Origin: Heterodontus francisci | Lineage: Eukaryota | Length of the DNA stretch: 64,000 nt | Assembly: GCF_036365525.1 (NCBI RefSeq) | Contig: NC_090407.1 | Coordinates: 12,653,441 to 12,717,440, forward strand | Reading direction: 5' to 3' | In this document: piece by piece, positions 23,405-34,900 of the stretch | How the letters are laid out: each line of letters opens with the position of its first letter | How positions within the stretch are numbered: the first letter of the stretch is position 1 | Notes under the pieces: model-generated | What the model saw: the letters and a program-made list of their open reading frames with translations, nothing else | What the model was told of the DNA's origin: nothing | Databases searched by the model: none | Made by a program: the position numbers and the translations under genes

Positions 23405-26062
23405 CTTCTTCTTCTTTGGCCTCCTTGTCCCGAGAGACAATGGGTAAGCACCTGGAGGTGGTCAGTGGTTTGTGCAGCAGCGCCTGGAGTGGCTATAAAG
23501 GCCAATTCTAGAGTGACAGACTCTTCCACAGGTGCTGCAGATACAATTGGTTGTCGGGGCTGTTACACAGTTGGCTCTCTCCTTGCGCTTCTGTCTTTTT
23601 TCCTGCCAACTGCTAAGTCTCTTCGACTCGCCACGCTTTAGCCCCACCTTTATGGTTGCCCGCCAGCTCTGGCGATCGCTGGCAACTGACTCCCACGACT
23701 TGTGATCAATGTCACAGGACTTCATGTCATGTTTGCAGACGTCTTTAAAGCGGAGCCATGGATGGCCGGTGGGTCTGGTACCAGTGACGAGCTCGCTGTA
23801 CAATGTGTCCTTGGGGATCCTGCCATCTTCCATGCGGCTCACATGGCCAAGCCATCTCAGGTGCCGCTGGCTTAGTAGGGTGTATATGCTGGGGATGTTG
23901 GCCGCCTCGAGGACTTCTGTGTTGGTAGTACGGTCCTGCCACCTGATGCCAAGGATTCTCCAGAGGCAGCGAAGAAGGAATGAATTGGGACGTCGCTCTT
24001 GGCTGATGTACGTTATCCAGGCCTCGCTGCTGTAGAGCAAGGTACTGAGGACACAGGCTTGATACACTTGGACTTTTGTGTTCTGTGTCAGTGCGCCATT
24101 TTTCCACACTCTCTTGGCCAGTCTGGACATAGCAGAGGAAGCCTTTCCCATGCGCTTGTTTAATTCTGCATCGAGAGACAGGTTACTGGTGATAGTTGAG
24201 CCTAGGTAGGTGAACTCTTGAACCACTTCCAGAGTGTGGTTGCCGATATTGATAGATGGGGCATTTCTGACGTCCTGTCCCATGATGTTCATTTTCTTGA
24301 GGCTGATGGTTAGGCCAAATTCATTGCAGGCAGCCGCAAACCTGTCGATGTGTCTCTGCAGACACTCTTCAGTGTGAGATGTTAATGCAGCATCGTCAGC
24401 AAAGAGGAGTTCCCTGATGAGGACTTTGGTCTTCGCTTTTAGACGGGCAAGGTTGAGCAACCTGCCACCTGATCTTGTGTGGAGGAAAATTCCTTCTTCT
24501 GAGGACTTAAATGCATGTGAGAGCAGCAAGGAGAAGAAGATCCCAAACAGTGTAGGTGCAAGAACACAGCCCTGTTTCACGCCGCTCAGGATTGGAAAGG
24601 GGTCTGATGAGGCGCTGCTATGCTGAATTGTGCCTTTCATATTGTCATGGAATGAGGTGATGATACTTAGTAGCTTTGATGGACATCTGATCTTTTCTAG
24701 TAGTCTGAAGAGACCACTTCTGCTGACGAGGTCAAAGGCTTTGGTGAGATCAATGAAAGCAACATAGAGGGGCATCTGTTGTTCACGGCATTTCTCCTGT
24801 AGCTGGCGAAGGGAGAACAGCATGTCAATGGTGGATCTCTCTGCAGGAAAGCCACACTGTGCCTCAGGGTAGACACACTCAGCCAGCTTCTGGAGCCTGT
24901 TTAAAGCGACACGAGCGAAGACTTACCCCACTATGCTGAGCAGGGAGATTCCACGGTAGTTGTTGCAGTCACCGCGGTCACCCTTGTTCTTATAGAGGGT
25001 GATGATATTGGCATCGCGCATGTCCTGTGGTACTGCTCCCTCATCCCAGCACAGGCAAAGCAGTTCGTAGAGTGCTGAACGTATAGCAGGCTTGGCACTC
25101 TTGATGATTTCAGGGGTAATGCTGTCCTTCCCAGGGGCTTTTCCACTGGCTAGAGAATCAATGGCATCACTGAGTTCCGATTTTGTTGGCTGTATGTCCA
25201 GCTCATCCATGACTGGCAGAGACTGGGCTGCATTGAGGGCGGTCTCAGTGACAACATTTTCCCTGGAGTACAGTTCTAGGTAGTGCTCCACCCAGCGGTC
25301 CATTTGCTTGCGTTGGTCAGTGATTGTGTCCCCTAATTTAGATTTGAGGGGGGCGATCTTCTTGATGGTCAGCCCAAAAGCTCTCTTAATGCCATCATAC
25401 ATCCCTCTGATATTTCCTGTGTCAGAGGCCAGCTGAATATGACTGCATAGGTGTTGCCAGTAGTCATTTGCGCAGCGCCTGGCTGTTCTTTGTGCAGTGC
25501 TTCTGGCTAATTTAAGTGCTACGGATGTTAACTCTCTGGGGGCTTTCTTGTAGTTCAGCAGTGCGATGCGCTTAGCGGCTATGACAGGTTCCAGCTCTTC
25601 AATGTGAGATTGAAACCAGACTGCATTCCGCTTCACACAATTTCCATAGGTGGTCATTGCTGAGTCATAGATGGCGTCTCTAATGTGGGCCCACTTGGTC
25701 TCTGCATCCCCTGTGGGAGTGTTTTGAAGGGCTTTTTCAAGTGAATTTAGAAACTTGCGTGACAGCTGTGGATGAGAAATTCTGCTAGTGTTGATGCGTG
25801 GGCGGCCCTTCTGCTTGGAGTGATGCAGCTTCTTTGGTTTGAGGCTAACCTTGCTGCACACCAGGGGATGGTCGGTGTCGCAGCCCACACTGTGGAAGCT
25901 GCGTGTGACTTGAACACTGTTTAAAGAGGCTCGCCTTGTGATGATGAGGATCGGCTGGTGCCAACGACATGATCTTGGGTGCCTCCAAGAAACCTGGTGA
26001 CAGGGTTTAGTGTGAAAGAATGAGTTGGTGATGCAGAGGTTATGATAGGTACACAACTCAAG
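23405..26062 (-). mobile_element. RTE LINE, non-inverted 3' part (end of APE, RT, C-terminal C2H2-like motif)
   Basis: ORFs 24923..26098 and 23462..24823 are in frame, separated by one TAA; NYRGISLLS, FIDLTKAFD, GVKQGCVLAP, LFADD; (GAA)n tail at 23405. Confidence 0.95.
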
Positions 26063-26131
26063 AAGCGTGTGTGTGCGCGTCTGTGTGTGAGTGAGCACTG
26101 AAACTGCTGGCGAGAAAAACCTCTTATCAAC

Positions 26132-26200
26132 ATGCCTAAGTCAAGGGAAGTTGTTTCTATGAGCTCAGACAGCGAATTGGATAGTGAAGTTGATCAAAAG
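26132..26200 (+). pseudogene. SUB1: transduced first coding exon of a SUB1/PC4-like gene
   Basis: MPKSREVVSMSSDSELDSEVDQK then phase-0 donor AAG|GTACAG; matches the vertebrate PC4 N-terminus [24 protein letters not shown]; no further SUB1 exons recognised in the window. Confidence 0.85.
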
Positions 26201-26659
26201 GTACAGGCAAATAAGATGGCGACGTCCAGGACGGTGGTCGAGTAAGGCCGGGAGAGGAACTCACCGCAGAGAGAGGGTGAACGGCTGGCAATCCGGGTAA
26301 GGACTGCTGATGAAGACCCTGCCAGTTGTGGCCAAGCTTGGAAGGCCACTTGGTTGTGTTCGGGGAGCCCGTCCATGGCGACGATCAGGAGGAGGAGCGG
26401 CCACATGGTCCCGGCAGCAGCTCCCGCTCACTCGGCGACTCGTCAATCAATTTCAATTATATTGGACATTTAAGAACGAGTAACGCTGTGGACTCTATAT
26501 TGCACTGTAGAGAATATTAACTGTTCTGCCTGCATCACTCGTTATTTAAAAGCATGGGCGGCTGGAAAGGGGAATGGAAGCTGATGAATATAGCATTTCT
26601 ACGATGAGCACCATTGTGAAAAGGACAATGGTGGGAGCTGATGCAATGTTTTATTACCT

Positions 26660-26890
26660 GCACCCCCTGCTCCCAGCTCACCCCCTCGCACCCCTTTCCC
26701 CCTACCCCCCTCGCACCCCCTTCCCAGCTCCCCCCTTGCACCATCTTTCCCCCGCACCCCTCTCCCCTACCCCCTGCAGCCCCCCTCTCAGCTCCCCCTG
26801 CACCCACTTCCCTCCACCCCTTCCCACCGCACTCCTCCTCCTCGCACCCCCCCCCGCCACCCCCTTCCCTCCACCTCCTCCCACCGGCAT
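26660..26890. repeat. C-rich low-complexity tract (G-runs on minus strand)
   Basis: repeated gcacccc/ctcccc units. Confidence 0.8.
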
Positions 26891-26899
26891 CCACCTACT

Positions 26900-28030
26900 C
26901 CTGTGTAGGGGCCCCATCAACCCCACTGCCTAGTGGGTGTCGCGGGAGAGACCAAGGCTAAGGGAGTCAACCCTAACAGAAAATCCGGAGCGGAACCCCA
27001 AAGGCGGTCATGTGTCACCTTTGGCATGTTTCCAGCAGTTCCTGCAGCCACACTGGTGCCAAACGTCGTGCTTTGCACTCCTTTGGACCCCACCAGGAAG
27101 GCCGAGAGAGGAGTTTTGTCACTTGGGCAACTCACAACCTCCATACATCCGCCCAGGCATGTGCCATGGAGAGGTCACTCCATAGTCGCCTCACAGCGAC
27201 CAAATCAACACGGAAGGCAGCAGTTACGGGTTATAAGTCCAGCTCAATTGGCGTAGAGATTGGCCTTTGACGGTGGGAGAGGTCATCGCATCTCACTGGA
27301 CAGCTACCGCCCGCCTCAAACCGGGCAGCCCCTGGTCAGTAAGGTTCTGTCCCGCCACAGTCCACCTGCTTCAATGGGTCTTGGAGCTCAGGGTCATTGC
27401 CCGACAAGTGGACTGTAACACCGCACCAAACAGCACGACCAAAAAAGGAAAGAAGGTACCAGCCCTTCGTTTTGCAAGCTGGAACGTCAGAACCATGTGT
27501 CCTGGCCTGTCGGAAGACTTTACACAAATCAACGATTCTCGGAAGACCGCCATCATCAACAACGAGCTCAGTAGACTCAATGTGGACATTGCGGCACTTC
27601 AGGAGACACGCCTCCCTGTAAGCGGATCTCTAAGAGAGCAAGACTACACCTTCTTCTGGCAGGGTAGGGATCCTGAAGAACCAAGACAGCACGGAGTGGG
27701 CTTCGCCATCAGAAACTCTTTGCTCAGCATGATAGAGCCACCCTCAAATGGCTGGGAACGCATACTGTCCATCCGACTGTTCACCGCCTCTGGTCTAGTA
27801 CACCTACTCAGCATCTATGCACCAACACTCTGCTCCCCACCTGACGCTAAAGACCAGTTCTATGAGGAACTCCATAATATCATTAGTAGCATCCTCAACA
27901 CCGAACACCTTTTCCTGCTGGGGGACTTTTATGCCAGGGTTGGGGCTGACCATGACTCATGGCCCTCTTGCATTGGGCGCTATGGCATTGGAAGGATGAA
28001 TGAGAATGGACAGAGACTGCTTGAGTTGTG
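26900..28030 (+). mobile_element. RTE LINE, inverted 5' part (5' UTR + APE endonuclease)
   Basis: ASWNVRT, DIAALQETR, HGVGF, IYAPT, LLGDF, NENGQRLLELC; ends where the minus-strand half begins. Confidence 0.93.
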
Positions 28031-29299
28031 TTCTGTGCTGTAAATTCTATATAATTATGTGTACTTATCTCCCAAATAAATAACAATTTAGCAGTTCCAG
28101 AGCCTCATTTCAGGTTATCTCAAACTACTCAGATAAACAATGATTATGGTGAGATTGACTCTGAGCCTGTTGAACCCGGGTTGGTTTTATCTTTGCATTA
28201 GCTGATAACCTCAGGTCAGCTCTATCTTTCACTTTACTAACCTTGGGCCAGCTTGTTGCTGGATTTATGTCTGGGTTTGGAGATTTTAGATTTCTCTGAG
28301 TTTGATGAGTTGAGTTGTATCTGACTCTTGAGTTTGGTTGTGGGTTGATCTATCTGTGGATTTACTGAGGTTGCATTGGGTCTTTCTCTGGATTATGGGT
28401 TTTCAATTTTTTCCAGTTTGACATGAAAATTATTTGTACAACTTTGATACAAATTTAAATGTAAATTAAGGAGGCAAACATACAATGTTCATTCAGTTTT
28501 TGTGCCTAATTTTTAGAGTTTTTTCACATTTTGTTTTTAGTTTTCTTTTTATTTATGGGGTGTAGGTGTCACTGGCAAGGCCAGTATTTATAATGAAAAG
28601 TAAAAACTTCAGCATAATTACAACCTCGAAAGATTGCTAATATAGAATGTTGATGGTGTATGGAATGCAGAACTTAGAACTTTGGCTATCACCTCATGCT
28701 TTTGACTAGTTTGGGCCCAGATTCTAGTTCAGACCAGTTACCCTCCCATCCTGTAACCTCTACAATAGCCACGATAGTTAAACAAGTCATGGGAAAATCT
28801 ATTGAAGAGATACCAAGTCTATTGCCTGCTATTAAGATGATACTGAGAATCCCTAATTGCCCTTAAGTGTAAAAATAGGAGAAAATAACTGAGGAAAAAT
28901 CGACCCCAAAAACCTGGGATCAATTCAGAGATAATTAGTTTTTTTTACTTTGTACGTTACTCAGACGCAAGAAAAAAGAGACTTAAAAAACAGTCAATCT
29001 AAATCACAAGCCACAATTATTTACAAGGTTCACCATCACCACTTTTATGGAGTTCATCATCAAACCCTCAACCTTTAGTAGTTTCCTTCTGCCTGTGTAT
29101 GCTGGAGTGTTTAAGTGCCCTTCATTCCAAATGTAGCTGCAATGTCTTTAATCTCAATCAAGATGTGCCCCTTGGATGTTATCTGAAGCCCAATTATTAT
29201 ACCACAGAGTTTATCATCATTGGATAAAGTAAATTGCACATCAAAATGTTTGATGTAACTTCATTATCTTAGCCACTAGCTATAAAAATTAAACTAAAA

Positions 29300-29630
29300 A
29301 AGTTTTTTTTTCCCAAAATGTCATTTGGATAATTATCTGATTGCCCATTAAAACAAATGCCACCATTCATAATTGTGATGTTTTGGTATTCAGGCACTAA
29401 TTAAATCAGTTTGCAGACGTTTGAGAGCGGAGGACCCCTGTGACTTTGTTCCCCTGAGGTAATTTGCATGTTAATTATCATGGCGGCTGTTGGCTTAGAT
29501 CGAGAGAAACAGGTTATAAACAGCTTTAATTAGCAGCTTAATCATTTTTACAAGAAATTGCAAAGCACCGTGATACATTAGTATGCATAAAATTAAACCA
29601 GATCAGCATGGATGCTCATGTTAAATCTTC
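29300..29630. promoter_or_regulatory. candidate enhancer-like non-coding block
   Basis: non-repetitive; several TAATTA motifs, SOX-like CTTTGTT 29444-29450, octamer ATTTGCAT 29462-29469; conservation not tested. Confidence 0.4.
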
Positions 29631-31514
29631 AACACAGAGCTGAGGTGACAAGATGGCTGACTAAGCCCCCATCTTACAAAGCTTTTGCTGAAAGACCATT
29701 TAAATAATAATCTCAGAATCCTACATTTTAGCAGATAATTAGAAGTTTTATGCATTGGCTGCAGGCATGGTGCCCATGTATCATCCTGGCACAGTTGTAC
29801 AATTGAGGGAAATGCTTAGAGATCACTAAATCCAAGGGTTAAATGAAACAAGTTCATTACAAAAAACATTCAATGCAGAAATCCTGATACAGTTTACTCC
29901 TCTTTGTTTGAAGTCTCTTAATTTAATTGATTCAATTTTCTACCACGAAATTCTTATTTCATCGCGTTATAAACGTTGATAATTCAAAAATGTTTAGCAC
30001 AAAAAATGCCGTTGATTTATCAGGAGTGGACACTAAAGTAGATTAGGAACTGAGTGGTCTTTTTCCATCACAGTTTTGAACTGAACAATTTGCATCTTGA
30101 CTGAGCTGACCAAAAAATTCTTTAAAAAGCAGTCACAAAAGCTTCGAGTTTGATCTAGAGCTTAGTGCTGTCTAACAAAGGCCTATCTCCATGTTTAGGT
30201 GATTATAAAAGATTCCATAATTTTGAGATTCTCCTGGTGTTTTAAATAATATTCCAACCTTAACTGACAGGACCAAAAATAAGCAGATTTACTCATCATT
30301 CATCTTGCTTGCTGCCTATGAACCTTGCTGTGTGCTGTTGACTGCTGTGTTTGCTGGCTTAATAACAAAAGACTAAATTTCAATAGTAATTCACTGATTG
30401 CAAAGTCACTGATATTTAAAAACATAGCAAATCTCTGAAGCTGTTACTGACTGTAGATTGATATGGTTCACCTTCCTGCTGTCTTAGCAATTGCGACTTT
30501 CTCTTCAGGGTACTTCCTTCTACAAACTTCCCATATAAATGTAAGTTCTTCCCAAGGTCTGATATCTAAACTTTAAGGGGTAAAAATTTGACTAAGGATG
30601 GTATTGGATCGGCTGCCCATTAAACACAATGCCTGACACTCAGCTCTATTGCAGTCAATGGAATTAAATATCGGTAATCAGTATTAAAAATCAGATGCAT
30701 TTCTACCGCTAAATCCCTTTTATTCCACTTATATCTTCTGATGTGGAGATGTTATTTATTTAATGATGTTCCATTCATTTATACCATTAAAACAAATATC
30801 ACAATACAAGCCATAACTACCACCACCCCCCACATCCCCCCCCCCCCCACCCCCACACCACCCCACACAACCCCTCAACTTACTTTACCGCTGTCCTGCT
30901 TCCTGTCCAGATTTGGGCTTGACAAAGGTGGCAACCCTACCTGAGATCGTAAAGTTTGACAAAAGCCTTTTATAAATGCATCTTTTGGGTTGTATTGCAA
31001 TATTAGCAATATCATCTTCAAGCCATTATAAAGTGTATGGCAACATACAACAAGTAATAGTTTACAGTGAGGCCTGCAATTAACAAACAAGCTAATTCTT
31101 GTGGGAAGCCCCTGTCTAATGAATAACCTGGTGTGGTGTCTGTTGTATTGAGGTCTGTGTGTAATGAACAAGGTGGATTTGGTACAACCCTCAAGTGAAT
31201 TTCCTTGTGATTGATAACCTGGTTTCGATATTGCAAATCATCTTTCTATATGTACAGAAGGATCTTGGCGATGTTTTCAGTAATGTCTAACCTCAGTGTT
31301 TTTAATTTTTCTTCTCAATCTTTCTGAGGATGTGACAGATACGAGGTTAAACCTCTACACACCTGTTGATGTTGACTAAAAGCACATTTGTGTTCCTTCC
31401 ATACTCTATTGCTTGGTCTTGTTAACATTCAGGATCTGCTGGGGAAGAGGGTTATAAAAGAGTCAAAAGATGTCAGCATCTTGTAATGAAAAACCTAAGA
31501 TGTAATTCCAACAA

Positions 31515-31970
31515 TAACAACTTGCATTTATGTAGCATCTTTAACGCAATAAAATGTCCCAAGGAGCCTCACAGGAGGGTAATTAGCAATAAATTAACAC
31601 AGAACCAAAGACAGAGACAATTATAACAGGTAATCAAAAGCTTGGGTGAAAGAGGAAGGTTGTAAGAAGCAGCTTAAAGGAAGAGAGCAGTGGAGAGACA
31701 GAGAAGTTTAGGGAGGGAATTTAAGAGCTTAGGCCCTGATGGCTGAAGGCACAACTGCCAATAGTGGTGCAAAGGAAGAGCGAGATACACAAGAGATCAA
31801 ACTCGGAAGGTTGTAGGGCTGGAGGAGTTTACAGAGGTAGGGAGGTGTGAGGCCATGGGAGGATTTGAACATGAGGATGAGAATTTTAAAATCGAGGTGT
31901 TAATAGACCAGGAGTCAATGTAAGTCAGCGAGCACAAAGGGTGAATGGGACTTGGTGCCAGTTAGGATAC
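31515..31970 (-). mobile_element. L2 LINE 3' end
   Basis: aacaacttgcatttatgtagcatctttaacg tail and L2 3' region. Confidence 0.8.
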
Positions 31971-32324
31971 TCCACCTTCAGCTTCTTTTCAACATTGACA
32001 CAATACCAATCCCCTCCACTGATAACACTGTTCCTAAGCATCTTGGTTTCCTCCCTTACAGAAATTGTGCCTTTTTCTTGTTTTCAACCTATATAGTGAA
32101 GGCCTTGGTTTCGCAGTCAAAATAAAATTCCTGTGCAATCCCCGGTTGGTAGTGGCTGAACTCTGAACCATCTACCATATCTGAGACAGGCTTTGCCATT
32201 TCTAATTGAAACCATTTAGGGGTGCTGAGGAGAAATAGGGGGAGAAATTGGTATACATTGCACCCATTTTCCGGGCACAAAATGTACCAATTTAGCACCT
32301 ATACAGGTGTTGGTCCCACTGCTA

Positions 32325-32676
32325 GATTTGATTTGATTTGATTTAGAGATACAGCACTGAAACAGGCCCTTTGGCCCACCGAGTCTGTGCCGACCATCAA
32401 CCACCCATTTATACTAATCCTATACTAATTCCATATTCCTACCACATCCCCATCTGTCCCTATATTTCCCTACCACCTACCTATACTAGGGGCAATTTAT
32501 AATGGCCAATTTACCTATCAACCTGCAAGTCTTTGGCATGTGGGAGGAAACCGGAGCACCCAGAGGAAACCCACGCAGACACAGGGAGAACTTGCAAACT
32601 CCACACAGGCAGTACCCAGAATTGAACCCAGGTCCCTGGAGCTGTGAGGCTGCGGTGCTAACCACTGCGCCGCCCT
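32325..32676 (-). mobile_element. HE1-type V-SINE, full length
   Basis: tRNA-like head ggcggcgcagtggttagc...gggttcaattc, V-domain gtggagtttgcaagttctccc...gctccggtttcctcccaca, CR1-like tail with (AAATC)n. Confidence 0.9.
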
Positions 32677-34669
32677 TTATGACATCACTACACATACCAA
32701 TCACAGTAAACCCCTCTGTGTAATGTTAAAATATTTTACAGCATTCCTACCCTTCAAAAGGAAAATGGATGGGCACTTGAGGGAAATAACTTGCAGGGCT
32801 ACAGGGCTGGGGCAGGGGAGTGGGACTGACTGGATTGCTCTACAGAGAACCAGCATGGACTCATTGGGCCAAATGGCCTCCTTCTGTGCTGTGATGATTC
32901 TATCACTTCTAATGCACTATCTGCAAAAAATCTAAGGAACTGCAGGTTCAGATTTGCCTGACAAATAGGCTAAGAAAAAAAAAAACAGGCACTCATTTCT
33001 CAACCTCTTCCCCCCCTCCCCCCCACACCCTTTTCCAAATGTCTCTTCCTATCTTGTGAATAAATACTAAAAGAAAATTCCTTCAAAGGAATTCAAGTTT
33101 CAATTGGAAGCTGTCAGCAGAAGGGGCCAGAAATCCAGAAAAGACAAGGGACACACAATGTGCCTAAATGGAATGGCGAGGGGCCTATTTTTAGGCAGCC
33201 CAGGCAGATGCCTAAAACAAGCATTAGGCCTCTTGAATATGTTAATTGGAGGCCCAATGCCAGTTGAAGGACTTCTTGGAGAAATTTGATTTTGATGAGC
33301 AGGACAGACATCAGGACAGGCTTCATCAGTGCCCCCTGTGACCATCAACTGAAGATGAGTTTAATCGCAGTCACCACATCCAACCTATTCCTCGGCATAG
33401 CCCATTCCAACCCCACTCCTGGGACTTAACTGTGGTTTGCTGTTGGCCTGAAAGTTATGGTTTACTGACAAGATGCCTGGAGGTGCTAAGTATGCATCTA
33501 CATCTCCTGATCTAATTTAAACGAGGCCTGAAACCCAATTTCAGTTGGGCCTGCTTGTTCTAATGCAGAGATTGTTCTGTGTTCCCAGTTAGTATTGGCA
33601 GGACAGCACTATCTCATTTCCACCCTCTAAACTCTGCTCTGGCATTTACTCAGAGTGCTTACCTCTGGCTGGATTTCTACATTACCAGTATTATCCTGTA
33701 GGAGCCAGTAAATAGTTTTAAGCTGTCCAGACAGCCTCCCTTTTACTGTTTCATGATCTTTTTTGATAACATTACACCAAAGTAGATTTTGCACTAAGCT
33801 ATTTATTTCAAATACTGCTACAACTAAGATTAACCCTTCCTCTGTGCACCAAACAGGCACTCTGTGTATCAGTAAGTATTTAATCATAATGAGTAACAGA
33901 AGGGACAGGATGCCTCCAGTTCTGAGTAAAATGGACAGGCTGTCTTTCAGGTTTGAGTGAGGCAATCTTGGCAGCAATCAAAGGGATATTATTCAGCCTA
34001 ATTAAGGGAGCCAGCCTCTTTTATACAGTAAAAGGTGGATGTAAATACAATGGTTTTATTTGTTCAGAATTCACTGCTCTATAACATGTCAGGCCACAAG
34101 CATATCATGCAAAGTAAGCTCAATTCCCTGCCAGCTCTATGCAATTGGCCATAATGAAGACTTTTCATAATTGGTTGCTCAAAGCTTCAATATCACTAAG
34201 CTTTAAAAGGAGTAAATTCTGGTGCAAATTCCCATACTGCCCAAGAGCAAATTCCAAACTAAATTACAATCATACAATAGATCTGATATCTAGGATGGGA
34301 GGTTAGGGGCCAGACACTTGGCAAAGACAGTTGTTGCCCCCTCCCTCCCACATTATCGCAAAATGTCATCAGAAAAGTTGTAATTACAGTTCCCTGGGAT
34401 TTAATTTAAAATAAGATAATGAACACTTATGTGCTTTGATTTCTAGGTTGACTTAAAAAGCAAGGAGTTGTGGTAGAAAGAAATATAAATTAATGGCAGT
34501 TGTTTAATATATATGTTCCAATAAACACATTCAAAATAAACTAAATTATTTTAATACTTCATGAAAATGAAGATTATGCATAAATATAGGAGACTAATAA
34601 AGCATAGAACAGAATGGGATTAGATTGGGAGTTTATTTAACTAAAAATCTGTACATAAAAATAAAAAAA

Positions 34670-34900
34670 TACTTGCATTTATATAGTGCATCTCATGACC
34701 ACCAGACATCTCAAAGTGCTTTACAGCCAATGAATTATTTTTGAAGTGTAGTCACTGTTGTAATGTAGGAAATGCAGCAGCCAATTTGCACACAGCAAAC
34801 ACCCACAAACAGCAATGTGATAATCACCAGATTATCTGTTTTTGTGATATTGGATTGAGGGATAAATATTGGACAGGACTCCCCTGCTCTTTTTGAAATA
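34670..34900 (-). mobile_element. Deu SINE 3' half
   Basis: same tail and core as other copies; another plus-strand copy at about 35735-36000. Confidence 0.8.

Noticed and set aside
26535-26961. Pro-rich and Gly-rich ORFs on both strands
   Set aside because: Translation of a C-rich low-complexity tract in the transduced intron; no domain signal.
26880-27010. HDV-like ribozyme at the RTE 5' end
   Set aside because: Known for some RTEs, and a tac-tcctgt-gta stem-loop is present, but I could not assemble P1/P2/P4 by eye; needs an RNAMotif/Infernal search.
32640-32676. tRNA genes at SINE heads (also about 45450-45510 and 53420-53497)
   Set aside because: A/B-box-like motifs run into SINE bodies and no full cloverleaf is evident.
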